Shown: positions 26,711-40,933 of the stretch, in pieces
Numbering within the stretch: the first letter of the stretch is position 1
How the letters are laid out: every line of letters starts with the position of its first letter
From: Octopus vulgaris
Taxonomy: Eukaryota
Length of the DNA: 64,000 bases
NCBI GenBank assembly: GCA_951406725.2
Contig: OX597828.1
Location: forward strand, 55,676,001-55,740,000
Reading direction: 5' to 3'
Notes under the pieces: model-generated
The model's input: the letters and a program-made list of their open reading frames with translations, nothing else
Told to the model about the DNA's origin: nothing
Database searches by the model: none
Program-made: the position numbers and the translations under genes

Positions 26711-27001
26711 TAGCAGGCATACCCTAGATTATACGGTCGTGTGGAGATAATATGCGACGAGCGATCGTTCCTTTATTTTAGAGAATGTAGTGTAGCCCAC
26801 TCTGGTCTCTCGCAAAATAAAATCTCACAGAGGACAAAACTTAGTCACCTGAATGGATAAAACGTTGATAAATACGATGTAGTAGAAAAGGATGGAAGGG
26901 GACAATATTACAATATATGAGGCGTACATTTTAATGCTATCGTTACTATATCTAAAATAAGTAGCTATATAAAGAAAAAATAAAACAAAGCAAAAATAAT
27001 A

Positions 27002-27395
27002 GCGCAGGTGTGGCTGTGTGGTAAGTACCAACCACATGGTTCCGGGTTCAGTCCCACTGCTAGGCACCTTAGGCAAGTGTCTTCTACTATAGCCTCGGGC
27101 CGACCAAAGCCTTGTGAGTAGATTTGGTAGACGGAAACTGAAAGAAGCTTGTCGTATATATGTATATGTGTGTGTGTGTGTGTCTGTGTTTGTCCCCACA
27201 CCATCGCTTGACATGCGATGCTCGTGTATTTACGTCCCCGTTACTTAGCGTTTCGGCAACAAAGAGACCGATAGAATAAGTACTAGGTTTACAAAGAATA
27301 AGTCCTGGGAGTCGATTTGCTCGACTAAAAGGTGGTGCTCCAGCATGACCGCAGTCAAATGATTGAAACAAGTAAAAGAATAAAAGAATAAGAGA
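27002..27395 (+). mobile_element. SINE family A, full length
   Basis: GCGCAGGTGTGGCTGTGTGGTAAG...GGGTTCAGTCCC...GAAACAAGTAAAAGAATAAAAGAAT. Confidence 0.92.
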
Positions 27396-28180
27396 ATATG
27401 AATACGGTAATTCATTGCACGTGTTATATTTGCATGTTGCATCCGAATAAGGTCTTTATTAAATGAAACAGTCGTTGTAAAAGCAAAAACAAAAACCAAA
27501 ATATATCAGGGCTAAAAAAAAAGTAATGAAAAATATTAGCAATTCATGCTTTAAGATAACATATAGTGTGACGACGGCAATAGCATCGATAGCTCAAATC
27601 TGTGATAGAATACTACACAGACTGCGACTGCTGCTGCTGCTGCTGTTGTTGCTGCTCCTGCAACTGCCATCGAAGCCACTCCAGTTTCCTATGATTAATA
27701 ATGATACACTATTCTGCTACAGTTACTGTTGCTACCGCCACTATGGTTCTCTAGAAACTATACCCGTCTCTGCAGAAGCGTTGACAGCTAACATCAATAT
27801 GGTGGAATTGCCACTTCCCGGCACCTTCAATTAGCGTATGAACTGCTGCTGCTGCTGCTGCTTGTGCTGCTGTTTCAACAACCATTGTAGCTGCAGGTAC
27901 TGCTGCTGGTGCTGCGGCTAATACAAGTGGTTAATAATGGTAACGCTGCAACCCCACCCCCCTACTACTACCACTACTGCCACTACTACTATTACTATAT
28001 TATTTATTGCTGCCACCGCTACTGTGTTTTCGCTTAAGCAATATTCCGCCTCTATAATATCGTTAACTGATATGAATATGGAAATGTTGTGCATATATTT
28101 TGCCATTGCTGCTGCTGCTGCTTTTACAGATATTGAAGGCTTTTGTATATTTTAATGTTCAATCTGTATACGTGAGCTTG

Positions 28181-28214
<34 letters not shown>

Positions 28215-29840
28215 ACATACATACACATATATATATATATGTGTGCGAGTATCTGCGTCTGTGTACAAGCTTATTTTTAGACTTTGGTTTGTATTCCACA
28301 CAGAAGCCGATATGTAGGTTGATGTCCCGTGGTGTACCAGACTGGATACTGGAGTGGGGTGCGGAACTCACATGTGTGTGTGTATGGATATATGTCTTCT
28401 TTTAAGCATAAGTATATATATGTATATATATAGATACATACACAGGTATCTATCTATCTATCTATCTATCTCACCTACCTACCTTTCTCTCTCTCTCTCT
28501 GTATATGTATGTATATATATATATATGTATATGTATATGTATGTATGTATGTATGTATGTATCTCCAGCTACATCCCCCGAGAGGCAAATTTACTGCTGT
28601 ATGCATCCAGAAATAGCATTTCTTAATTTCTTATGTGTGCGCTGCGTCTGAAAACAACATTATATAGCGGAGCAAAGACAAAAAAGCGTCCCAGCAGCGG
28701 AGGTGAGAGAACGACTACATTTTAGCCTCATTGGTCCGGCTGTGAGTACACGCCATTGACAAGACCCAACGAGGTCGAAATGGATCTAGCGTTCTTGCTA
28801 TGCGCGAGTATATACATGGGAGTAGATACACTCATAGATACTCATCTACACATCTACACATATATGAATATGCATTATACATACATGCATACACATGTGT
28901 ATCTATCTATGTGTGTGTGTGTATGTGTGTGTGTGTGTGTCTCTGTGTATGTATATAGAAAGGGACATGATTTGTGATAGTCTCTAGATATTCAAATGTT
29001 CTGCTCATTTTCGAAGGGTAATCCATATGAAACAGTGTGGTGTAAAGAGATGCAATGGCACAACGTGTTATTGTAACGATGAATATTATTATTGTGATAT
29101 CATATAACGTTGCTTGTGATACACTTTAATCACATATTTCAATTGTACACCTGTAGAGGAGCTGAGAGATATTTATAGGTTTTTGCGGATGTTGCTGGTA
29201 GTGCTGCTGCCGTTGCCGCTGTTGCTGCCGTCAGTGCTGCTGACGCTGCCGTTCTGGCAGTTGTTTATAGTGTTACATTTCCTTGCAATGCGATCTCCGT
29301 GCAAAGTGTTGATAAAACAATCAGTAATATACTGCGTTCAATAGACTAAATATTTACGAAAACCGTTGTTGTTTAATCTGCTAGTGAAGTTTAATTGAAC
29401 AGCTCTAAGATCAAAATGTTCCTGAATCGCGATCGGCAAACGTTTGCGTATTTAATACTAAATGCACATATCTCTTATCCATTTAAATCGCAACATGTGA
29501 TATTAAGGAATGTGACTAGCATTTCTGATAAATCTCAGAGTATAAATAAAGTCTTACCTATTGATGCTATTTTTTAATTGCTGGTGTTTAAGCCTAGATT
29601 GACTCTAATTGAAAGTCAGCCTCCAACTCCACTCTCATCTCATCTTTCCTTTTCACATCACTCTCATTTCGCTTGCTTCTCCTCATCATTCCAGCCCTCT
29701 TTCTTTCTACCACTCTCCCCGTTTCTCTCCCTTATTACTTCGTGTCCACGTATGAAGTTAACATAAATCTGATTTTGCTTTCGGCTGCAACCAATTTTTT
29801 TGTAAATCTCTGGTGTCTCTTTAACTTTTCGCCTGTGAAT

Positions 29841-29877
29841 GCTTCTGAGGAGAACGAAACTATCCGAAACGTTGGGT
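29841..29877 (+). ncRNA. Degenerate minimal hammerhead-like motif
   Basis: CTGAGGA-GAAC-GAAACT-ATCC-GAAAC-GTT; core intact, helix II broken. Confidence 0.35.
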
Positions 29878-30068
29878 TTTCCACTACCCATGGCAAGTTG
29901 AGTGTATGTTTTCTTTTGCTGATTTTAATAATACAAATCCTGTCAATGCAGATCTACTCCAGTATGTTCATGAGAGCAAAGTATGACCAGTTTCCCCAGG
30001 GCGTCTTGTAACAAGATTCGTGCATACATAGATGTGTTCGTGTGTGTGTGTGTGTGTGTGTGGATGTA

Positions 30069-30956
30069 TGTGGTCTGATCAATAAGCATCAGAACTGTTC
30101 CTATACTAATGGTACTAAAGAACGGACAGCAAATCTGCTTAGCACATATTGACCTTGAACACTGTTGCGCATGCGCACTAAGTTTTAGCATTCTAGCTCA
30201 CTTTCACTCTTTACAACAGGGCTTAGAAGGAAGGTGTGTAGTGTGGTATCGTCACATTGATCATGAGAGATAAATTTGAGTAGAGAATCGGCATCAAATT
30301 TCGCCAGAAGCTTGGCGATACCTACTCAGTGGCCAACGCAGAGTTTTCAAAAACTTTTCATTGTTCTTGACGCAATCAAAGAGATCTTCTGCAACTGAGA
30401 CACAAGCATTTTTTTTGGTCAGCTGAAACTTGGTCAGCACAAACTTGGCAAACACGCGTCTCATATCCACATCTTCAGTGATAATGCGGTGAATTATACC
30501 GTAACTAATCTGCACATCCTCTCATAACTCACGGATGGTGATTCGACGATTTCCCCTCAGAGTTTCACGCACATCTGCGAGGCTTTTCTCAGTTTTACTG
30601 GTTGTGGGTCTCCCAGAACGATCGTCAGTATCAAAATTTTTCGGCCATCTTGGAAACGTCTGAACCACTCGTACACTTGTGTGCAGCTCATATGTCCTCT
30701 CCATACACTTTCCCCAACTTTGCGTAGGCCTCTGAGTAGTTATCACTATGACAAACTCGCTCCGTCATGGTCAATGCGACGATCACATGCTACACACGTT
30801 CCTTCCAAGCACTGCTCTAAACAGCATAAGTGAGCTAGAACGTTAAAACTTAGTGCACAGCAAAGGTCAAGGTCAATCTTTGCGAAGCGGCTTTATTCTG
30901 CGTGCTACAGTTTCGTTACTATAGCAACAGTCCTGATACTTATTGATCAAACCTCG
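30069..30956 (-). mobile_element. Mariner-derived foldback element (two 5' ends, truncated transposase)
   Basis: TA-flanked termini TGTGGTCTGATCAATAAGCATCAGAACTGTT and CGAGGTTTGATCAATAAGTATCAGGACTGTT; minus-strand HTH remnants VYEWFRRFQDG, DDRSGRPTTS, NRRITIREL, MRRVFAKFV. Confidence 0.88.
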
Positions 30957-31639
30957 TATGTATATATGCACACTTGAGTGTTTGCACACACGCATATATG
31001 TAAGTGCCTTTACATGAATCTTGAGCGACGAGTAATATAACGTTATTCAATATTTCATAAGACAGAGCTACATCATGTGTTTAATACGTTGCTTTCAAGA
31101 TATCAATATCTAACACTAAGATTGTGTGACATGTATACTGGTTGAGAAAATCAGTCTAAAGAGATTCAGAATAGCCGTAATTTAGTTCCTGATCACGTGC
31201 TCTCATCAACTTTGTGTTCACTCCAAAGGTTGTTCAAAGCTACACGAAGCTTGTTTCCATGCTCATAATAAATTAGCTCTGTGCTTAAATCAAGAATAAC
31301 AATGACAGACTTGGGATGCTGAGTGTGTGTGGAGGAGAAGGTAGGCTCCTGAGAAATCAACCCGGAAACTGGTTACTGCTGTGGACGTTGTCTTTGTTTA
31401 GCCCAAGGTCAGTTTGTGTCTAACAGAGACTTAATGATCAAAAATTTCCACTCGTTTCCTTTTACCATTTATTTTCACATAATACGTTTAAAGCTGTAAA
31501 TTTCTGTGAATTCTTGACTGTGATTTGAGGGGAATTTTATGCTCTTTCTAGGAGATTACCGCATAATGGCACTTGTGTTGTTTTGCCACCGCCCCGGTTT
31601 GTTCCAGGCTTTTAATAAGGATTTCTGATAATGATTTCT

Positions 31640-32215
31640 AATTTAGACACAAGGCCAAAAGTTGTGAATACTAGGGTTTAGTCGACTCCATAGATATTTT
31701 ATTTTATAGACCTCCGCAAAGTATTTTGTCCGACGCGCAAACGATTCTGTCAGTTCGACGAACAGGTCCGCTTGCAATAATTCTTCGCAATTTCGGCACT
31801 ATGCCAGCAATGTTTAGGGATGGAGGAATCGGGTTACCTCAACTTCAGTACTGAACAGTTACTTATTAAGTATAAAAAGCAAAGTCGACCTCGGCAGTAT
31901 GTTTGATCTCAGGATGTAAAGAACCGGAGGAAATGACGCTAAGTATTTTGTGCGTCGAGTTCATGATTCTGTCAACTCGCCGCCCGTCTTCGCTTGTAAT
32001 AATGATTTCAAAGTTTGGTACATTGTCAGGAAATTCGGGGGTGGTCGAAGTCGATTTCATCTACCCCTGTGTTCAACTGGTATGTACTTTATCGATCCCG
32101 AAATGATGAAAGTCAAAGTCGACCTCGGCGGTATTTGAACTCAGAACCTAAAGACGGTCGAAATGTCGCTAGCCGTCTTGTCTTGCATGCTAACAATTCT
32201 GCCAACTCACGGCCT
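31640..32215 (-). mobile_element. Three head-to-tail older SINE family B copies
   Basis: Repeated GATTCTGTCA/AATTCTGCCA heads (~31745, 31965, 32197) and AAAGTCGACCTCGGC. Confidence 0.75.
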
Positions 32216-33009
32216 TTTCTTCGCCTGCAATAAATCTGTTTATGTTACAAATGCTACTAAAAGAAAATTAAAAGAAAATTACGGACATTAATACACTTGA
32301 TCTTACCAATTGCATGTTAAGTGTAGAAATTGTAAAATGATCCTCCAGAAAATTGTAAGCAATAATTCTAAGTTTGTCAAAACGGAAAAAAATGATGTTG
32401 GATTTTTAGGTGCAAGACAATTTCAGGAGCTTGTTTTATAAAAGCTGTGCCTATGAGCAACGAATCAGCGAGCCGTGTCATGAGAGCTGTCAGTGAACTG
32501 TATCTGCGAGCTAGTGTTACACGTCATCAAACTCGTATCATAAATCCATATCGGCGAACTGTTTTTATGAACGGAGTCAACGATCCGTGTCATCAAAGCG
32601 ATTCAGTGAATCGTATTATCAACATGTCTCAACGTGCCGTGTCACTAGACATGTCAGTGGTTAGAGTTCGATAACTGACTAGGCAGAATATGCCAGTGAT
32701 ATTTTCGAGAATAAGTACAACCGTTATCACAGATTATTATATTTCTTCCCCTTGCACACTAAAGCATAGCGCTTTATTTTCTTTGCATATCGGGAGGGTC
32801 ATTACGGCAATAATGACTACACGTGATGATTCAGTTTCACTTCATTATTATTCATATATCAATTGATTTACTAATTTATTAATTAACTAATCGATTGTTT
32901 GCTTAATCAATCAATTAACTTCGTCAAAACAAAACAAAAAAAAAGGCATTTTGTCACCATTCTTATTAATGAAATACCCTCTCTACTCCACTCGGTTAGT
33001 AAATTGATT

Positions 33010-33195
33010 AAATTGCTCCAGGCCTGAACTTCCGGTTGGTGGAGATAGTCAGTTACATCGACTACAGAGCTTAACTGGTACATATTTTATCAACCCCAAA
33101 AAGATGAAAGACAAAATATACCTCGACAGGATTACCAAGAACCTAATGAATCGGAAGAAATGCCGCTAAGCATTTTGTCCTACGTGCTAACGTGT
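33010..33195 (-). mobile_element. Older SINE family B copy
   Basis: TAACTGGTAC..TTTTATCAACCCCAAAAAGATGAAAG...GCCGCTAAGCATTTTGTCC. Confidence 0.7.
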
Positions 33196-33268
33196 CTACC
33201 TGCTTTCTACCTTTGTTAGCTGTGCTACTGTTAACTCTTTCGCCAACACTATTTAAAACATTGCAGGT

Positions 33269-33561
33269 TCCAGTTGACTCAGTCAACGAACAATCTGCTC
33301 GTGAGATTAACGTGCAAGTGGCTGAATTCTTCAAAGACAAGCGTACTATTAAGGTATTTCTCAGTGAGATTCAGCGTGACACAGCGAATGTGATAAGGCT
33401 GGCCCTTTGAATTACACGAACAACACATTTTTGCCAGCTGAGTATACAGCAGCAACGTGGAATAAAATGTCTTGCTCAATGGCAATGCGCCACTAGGAAT
33501 CGAAATCGCAACCTGCTGACCGGGAGAGGTATATCCTAACTACTAAGGTACACGCCTTCAC
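33269..33561 (-). mobile_element. SINE family D (tRNA head + CORE-like domain + distinct tail)
   Basis: Minus strand GTGAAGGCGTGTACCTTAGTAGTTAGG...TTTCGATTCCT...TTGAGCAAGACATTTTATTCCACGTTGCT...CTCAGCTGGCAAAAATG; head homologous to 33601. Confidence 0.8.
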
Positions 33562-33600
33562 GGGCGTGAGAATATTAAGTCACAAACCTCTATAATGTAT

Positions 33601-33972
33601 GTGGAGACGTGTGGCTTAGTGGTTAGGGTGTCAGCATCATGATCGTAAGATTGTGGTTTCGATTCCTGGACCGGGTGACGCGTTGTGTTCGTGAGCAAAA
33701 CACTTCATTTCACGTTGCTCCAGTCCACTCAGCTGCGATGGACTGGCGTCCCGTCCAGCTGGGGAACACATACGCCATAGAAACCGGGAAAACGGCCCCA
33801 TGTTCCTAGCTAGGCTTTAAAATCCGCCGCGGTCGACTTTGTCTTCCATCTTTTCGGGGTCGATAAATTAAGTACCAGTTACGCACTGGGGTCGATGTAA
33901 TCGAACTTAATCCGTTTGTCTGTCCTTTTTTGTCCCCTCTGTGTTTAGCCCCTTGTGGGCAATAAAGAAATA
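33601..33972 (+). mobile_element. Chimeric SINE (D head/CORE + C tail + B body/tail) with 19-bp TSD
   Basis: TSD ACAAACCTCTATAATGTAT at 33582-33600 and 33973-33991. Confidence 0.9.
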
Positions 33973-34975
33973 ACAAACCTCTATAATGTATTGCATTTTG
34001 TGTCTTTCTTTGAATCTGAAAAAAAAAACCATATATATATATCATATATTGACACATACATTAAGTTATATATGTGGAAGAGGAGGGGGATATTCAATTA
34101 AATTATCTCCTCTATAAGTCTGGTACCAACCAAAATCCATGAAATAGTTATGAACTGATATATAAACACACATCTTAACATGCATAACACGAAGTCACGC
34201 GTCAAATTTCTTTTTCTTTTTTCTCGTTGGTTAGTTTCTCACTTTCTGTCGTGTTGGTAGCAGAAAGCGAAGCTGAGCTGTGAGACGCGAAAAGAGAAAG
34301 AGTTAGAGAATATTATAAAGAGAGAAATATATGAGATATATAAGCATGTGGAAAATTGAATAGGATATGAGTCTGGAACTTGTATGACTGTTAGTCATGC
34401 AACAGACAGTTAAACATCGATTAGGAAGTGATTTGGGAGAAATTTGGCTGCAATATTCCGTGTGAAGAACGACCAATTATTTAATTTTATTTATTCATTG
34501 CTGAAATTTTTAGAAATGGAAATCTGTGATTCACCCGTGTCTCCTATCGCGATTAGCAACTTAAATAACAGAGAAGATCGAAGTAGCTTTTTGAGCCTGC
34601 AGAAAACTTAACTATCGTTATGACGGCATCATTTAAACTGGGGACACATTGATATGATTGTTTGTAAGATATTGATGGGTTTTGATTCAGGCACAAGGCC
34701 AACGGTTTTGAGGAGAGGGGTTTTAATCGACGCCACTACTAGACTTGTATGTGTAACCTGGAGTATATCGCTTAGAATCAGAAATGATCAGAGAAACTAA
34801 ACGGGGGTGTTGAACAGAAAGTACGAGTCCCACTAGATCATGTCTGCTTCTACGTACTCTCAAAAGTAGCCGTGCATTTTTGCCAATAAGACCTCAGGAT
34901 GTGCAAAGAGTAAAGCTACTAATCTGGTCAACTTCAGAGACATGAAGAACAAACCTTATCTATCTACTAACCAAA

Positions 34976-35683
<708 letters not shown>

Positions 35684-35684
35684 A

Positions 35685-35769
<85 letters not shown>

Positions 35770-35894
35770 CCCTACCTACCTGCCTAACTGCCTACCTACC
35801 TACCTACCTACCTACCTACCTACCTACCTACCTACCTACCTACCTACCTACCTACCTACCTACCTATCTACCTACCTACCTACCTATCTACCTA
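35685..35894. repeat. (TATC)n then (CCTA)n arrays
   Basis: Direct reading. Confidence 0.95.
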
Positions 35895-36510
35895 ATATAA
35901 AAATAACTCAATCTCTAACGGGACAATCTCACTACTAGTCGAATATAAACAGTGTGTCTCACGGGCTTGTTGTGTCCATGGCCAACACACTTCTGTCTTG
36001 GGTCCAGACGCTCTAATGGACTTAGACTATGTGCCATTTTTCAGATCTTACTTCAGACAAGTTGATCTTTTTCCACTTTCTTAACTTAACCTCTGCAGCA
36101 ACTTGTAGCAACTCAAAATAAACGTTAAATTCATCAACCTCGTCACGATGGCTTCAAAAAGCCTCAGAGGATCTGAAATTGCTAATGAGTGTTGTTCTAC
36201 TTCCTAGAACTAGTTAAGGAAATCATGAAAAGGAAACTGATTTGCACAATACTTCAGTTTTATAACCAACTTCCCAGGGAATTCGATATCAATGGTCGAT
36301 TTCTTTAACTCGTCTAGAAGATACATTATTCTTTTTCTTCTCTGTTTTCACTACACAAAACGAACGCTACTAGTTTTAAATTTACGATTTTAGAAGAAAT
36401 TCTACATTTGTTATTGAAATTCTTTTCACCGTCGCACGCACAATTTGTATTTTGTTGTAGCTTTCTCTTTGATCTATAACTGGTTTAAATCGCGTGAGCG
36501 TATATTCACC

Positions 36511-36543
<33 letters not shown>

Positions 36544-36613
36544 ACACACTCACACACATACATACTTTCTCTCTCCCTCTTACATGGATATATATATATA
36601 TATATATAGCAGC

Positions 36614-36689
<76 letters not shown>

Positions 36690-36692
36690 GTA

Positions 36693-36798
<106 letters not shown>

Positions 36799-37212
36799 AA
36801 TCTATCTATCTATCTGTCTATCTATCTATGTCTGTCGGTCTGTCGGTCTGTCTGTCTAACTGCCTGTCTGTCTGTCTGTCTAACTGCCTGTCTGTCTGTC
36901 TGTTTGTCGGTATGTCTGTCAACCCTGCTCTCACTTCATGTTTGTCAATTTTAATTATTTTGTTTTGTTTCAAACTAGTTTTTCACCATTTCTTTTAATC
37001 TTTTTCGTTTTACTCTTTTTTATCTGTTGCCTTTATTTTTCATTTCCTGCCTTTTTTCGTTACCATTTCCTTCCTTATTTCTTCTTTCATTCTTATTTCA
37101 TTCTAGCTATTCTACATATTCCATTCTTGGCTTTCATTCATTCTTCCTTTGTTTAAACGAATAAAGAATACTTCCCTTTATCTACTGGATTCTTTTCTTG
37201 CTTTCTTCTTTC

Positions 37213-37260
<48 letters not shown>

Positions 37261-38167
37261 CATTTTGCTTTCTCTGCAAATCTTTCTTCGACTTCTCTCC
37301 TTCTCTCTGTCCCTCATTCCTTCCTTTCTACTTTCAGTTGTTCATTGTCATTCTTTCATTCCTTCATGCATTAATTTTTTTTGATTGAGTGATAGATTCT
37401 TTTATTAACCCCTTATTTCCTAATTCCTACTTTTATATATTTTCTTTCTTTGATTGATCCCTCTTTCCTTTTTTTCTTCTTTAACTCCAGTACTTCATTA
37501 TTTGACCGATCAATCCACTCATTCATTCACCTTTCTTTCTTTCTGCCCTCAGTTGTGTCATTCCTTCATGGAATGATTAATTCATACGATGTTTAAAATA
37601 TCATCATCATCATCATCTCCACCACCACCAAAGTATTCTGCACAATATGGCGTATACAAAAACGTTAAAATAATATCCGAGTTGCTTATCGTCGCTTGTA
37701 TTTTTGCGTTGTCAAAAATAGACGGATATGCTGATAAAGAGATATTTTCTTTAGAAAACCAAATTCTTCATCGTAGACATTTCTTTTTAGTTGGTACTAT
37801 TCAGTATGGTAAGTCATAGTCTTTGAATATTTTGGCAATGCTTAATGAACATTTCTATAGATTCCGGAAATTGAAAAGTACACAGCATTGGATTGTTAAT
37901 ATAAACATAGATATACAAACATACACAGTCACACATACACCGAAACAAGCACACGTACAAATGCACACACATATACACATCCGTATATATGAATGTACAT
38001 ACATATAGTCATACATACATACATATATGCATACACAAATATATGCATACATAAATATATGCATACACAGATGTGTGCACAGTAATAGTGAAATAGGCAG
38101 TTGATGTATTACTTTCAAAATTTGATAAATAAAATAATAAAATTAATAAGAACTATGTACTGGTGTT

Positions 38168-38431
38168 GTGGAGGCACATGGCCTAGTGGTTAGAGCAGTG
38201 GAGTCGCGGTCGAGGGATCGCAGGTTCGAATCCCAGACCGGGCAATGTTTGTGTTTGTGGGCGAATTTCTGCTGACTCTTTCGCCACAACTTTCTCTCAC
38301 TCTTTCCCCCGGCATCTTGCAGCTCACCTGCGACGGACCAGTGTCCCGTCCAGGTGAGGAACCTATACGCCAAGGAAACCGGAAGACCGGCTCTTATGAT
38401 CCAGGCGTGGCTCGAGGTGGAACAAACAACA
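38168..38431 (+). mobile_element. SINE family C with internal deletion and ~11-bp TSD
   Basis: GTGGAGGCACATGGCCTAGTGGTTAGAGC...GGTTCGAATCCC; ATGTACTGGTG at 38155 and ATGTATTGGTG at 38432. Confidence 0.9.
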
Positions 38432-39523
38432 ATGTATTGGTGGCGTGGCAGATGTGGGCATGAAGGATGATGACGACGACGACAACGAGGACGCAGTGTT
38501 ACGAACCTCTACCATTGGAAAGTAGATACAAACAAATTCATATTTTGAGCTTGAAAAAAGTATGGCATATTTTTACTGCTCTACATACATACATACGAAC
38601 GGGGAAAGTCAGTTCCCCACACAGAATACCTGTGCAAGAAAGGTCTCATTCTCATTATCGTTGACATCATGACTTCAATCACCATAATCATTAAAAACAT
38701 TGCTGTGGCCGTCACAATATTCATCACCTGACTTCTGCATGCTCCAACGCCATAACTGCCTTCGGTGCCAGTACGAAACTAACACGGCAGCCACCATGCC
38801 CAACACCACTGACACAACTACGAACACCACGAACACCAACACCGACATTACCGCCAACATCGACATCACCGCCGCCAACTCTGTGACAACACCTAGCATC
38901 GATAGCTCTGTATTCTCCCGCTAAATGTACCGACATTTCAGCTACCATCATGCTTAGCGTAACATCCGCCACCGATACCGACGCCATCATCGACACTACC
39001 ACCAACGCCCTCGTTTCTATCATTTTCTATAAGAGTGTAATAAAATACGTCAAATCCCAAAATCACGGGCAAAAACGTCACGAACAACAACAACCACATC
39101 TAAAACATTAGCAACAAAAAACAACAGAGAAAAAAAAATTAAAGATGGCGGCGGTGGTGGATGGTTTTGAAGGTAGCTTTTGCGCAACGATTTCGGTGGT
39201 GTTGGATTGGGGAGCGAGATTCAGTTTTATACTTTGAATACAAATGAAGTATCCGCCTGAAAAACGTTATATTATTGACAGCTGAAGAATCCTCTCTAGA
39301 CTTCGCCTAATCCGATGAAAACCGCCGGGATTTTATTTGCTCTTTTTCTTGTTCTTTTGTAATTTTGATTTAAATACTGAATATAGCAACACGATTAAAA
39401 AAAAAATTCCCTTAACAATATCCAGTTGTGCCAATTATTTCTGTTAATGTGTTTAGGAATAATGTGACTAGTGCTGTAGTCTGTCGAGGAGACTCAATGA
39501 AGAGAGCTTTTTCATTTTAAGTA

Positions 39524-40056
39524 TTGGGTTGTCCGGAAAGTTCGTGCCGATTTATAGTAGCTTACATTTCGACTTATGGTTGAGTCCATAAAATAGGATT
39601 TGACTACACCTCCATTTAGATCACAGTTTAAGCTATCTTTTCTTGGAAGAAGATTTATGTTCCTATAAACTGTGTTAATTCTGTAACCCTTTAAAATGGA
39701 AAATAAGAAACTTCATTTTCGGCACTTGATGCTTTGGGAACCAGACAAAAAGTGCTGCAGCTGGGCTGGGATGTGTTACTCCACTCTCCATATTCACCAG
39801 ATATTGCTCCTTCGAATTTCCACTTATTCAGGTCTCTGCAGAATAGTCTTAAGGGTAAACATTTTAATTCCTTGGATGACGTAAAACGATACCTCGATGA
39901 ATTCTTTGCCACGAAACCACCTCAATTCTGGGAAGAGGGTATTTTCAAGTTAAAGGAAAGATGGAGACGCATTGTGCAACAAAATGGTTCATATTTAGTT
40001 GATTAAAAATGTAATGGCACGTGGTTATTGACATTTTTCTTTCCTTTAAATTTCGG
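39524..40056 (+). mobile_element. Internally deleted mariner
   Basis: TA + TIR TTGGGTTGTCCGGAAAGTTCGTGCCG; N-terminus MENKKLHFRHLMLWE (39696) joined to C-terminus LGWDVLLHSPYSPDIAPSNFHLFRSL...NGSYLVD* (40006); right TIR mostly missing. Confidence 0.9.
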
Positions 40057-40372
40057 TGTCGTTGTAGGAAATAAACTGGGAAAACTTAGGACTCGTTGTC
40101 TAACATCTCATCGCAGGGGTCACCAAATACCACGTATACGCACATATACAACCATATTTTTTCTTTTTTTTCTTTTGTTTGTTTCTCTCATTCTACTGAG
40201 GCTATTATACTTCGGCACCGTCTTGAAAAGGTTTAGTTAAACAAATCGACACACCCACTGAGTTATTTATTTTAGTTTTGATATTATTCCATCGGTCATA
40301 TTTTGTTTGCTGGAATGGTCAGTGAGGGGCGTCCACAAGGTAAATGGTTGGTAGGTGGGTTTGTGAACAATA

Positions 40373-40628
40373 GTTAAGGAAAGGAGTGGATAAGATCCTG
40401 GCTACATATGTTTCATAGCGATCGGAACTGCAGGAGGTACATTCTGATTGAATCTACCATGTGTTAACATGTACCTCCTTGCGAAAATGTAAACTTTCTT
40501 TTAATTAAAATATCTTCATCTGAAGAGTGGCCTGGGGTATACACTTCGCTTGCATATTTATCACTTCCGAGGTTCCGCTCGCTAAGAAACATATATATCC
40601 CGGATCTTATCTACTCCATTTCTTAACT
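40373..40628. repeat. Degenerate inverted repeat with ~55-bp arms
   Basis: TTAAGGAAAGGAGTGGATAAGATCCTGGCTACATATGTTTCATAGCGATCGGAAC vs GTTCCGCTCGCTAAGAAACATATATATCCCGGATCTTATCTACTCCATTTCTTAA. Confidence 0.75.
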
Positions 40629-40902
40629 CTTGTATTCTTAATCGCATGCCAAGTAACTCTGGTTGCCTACTGTGAAATATTGTAAAGAACTTTTTTCGAA
40701 TTATCGTACTTCGATAAGAAAAAATCCACAACATTCCGTCTCAATAAACCACTAAGTTTTACAGTTTTTTAGTTCCAGTGTTGACTTGTATCTGTAGTCT
40801 TTTTCTCCTTTCTGGATTTGAGTATCCTAATTTCTCAAGACTGGTATTTGTACTTAAGTACGTATGTATGTATGTATGTATGTATGTATGTATGTATGTA
40901 TG

Positions 40903-40933
<31 letters not shown>

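Noticed and set aside
38168-38240. tRNA-like sequences (also 25060-25129, 33601, 43172)
   Set aside because: SINE heads continuing into SINE bodies with TSDs; no complete acceptor stem or poly-T terminator.
38690-39020. Thr/Asn-rich mucin-like ORFs (also 2140-2334, 15188-15658, 27526-28155)
   Set aside because: Decayed trinucleotide repeats without splice or domain evidence.
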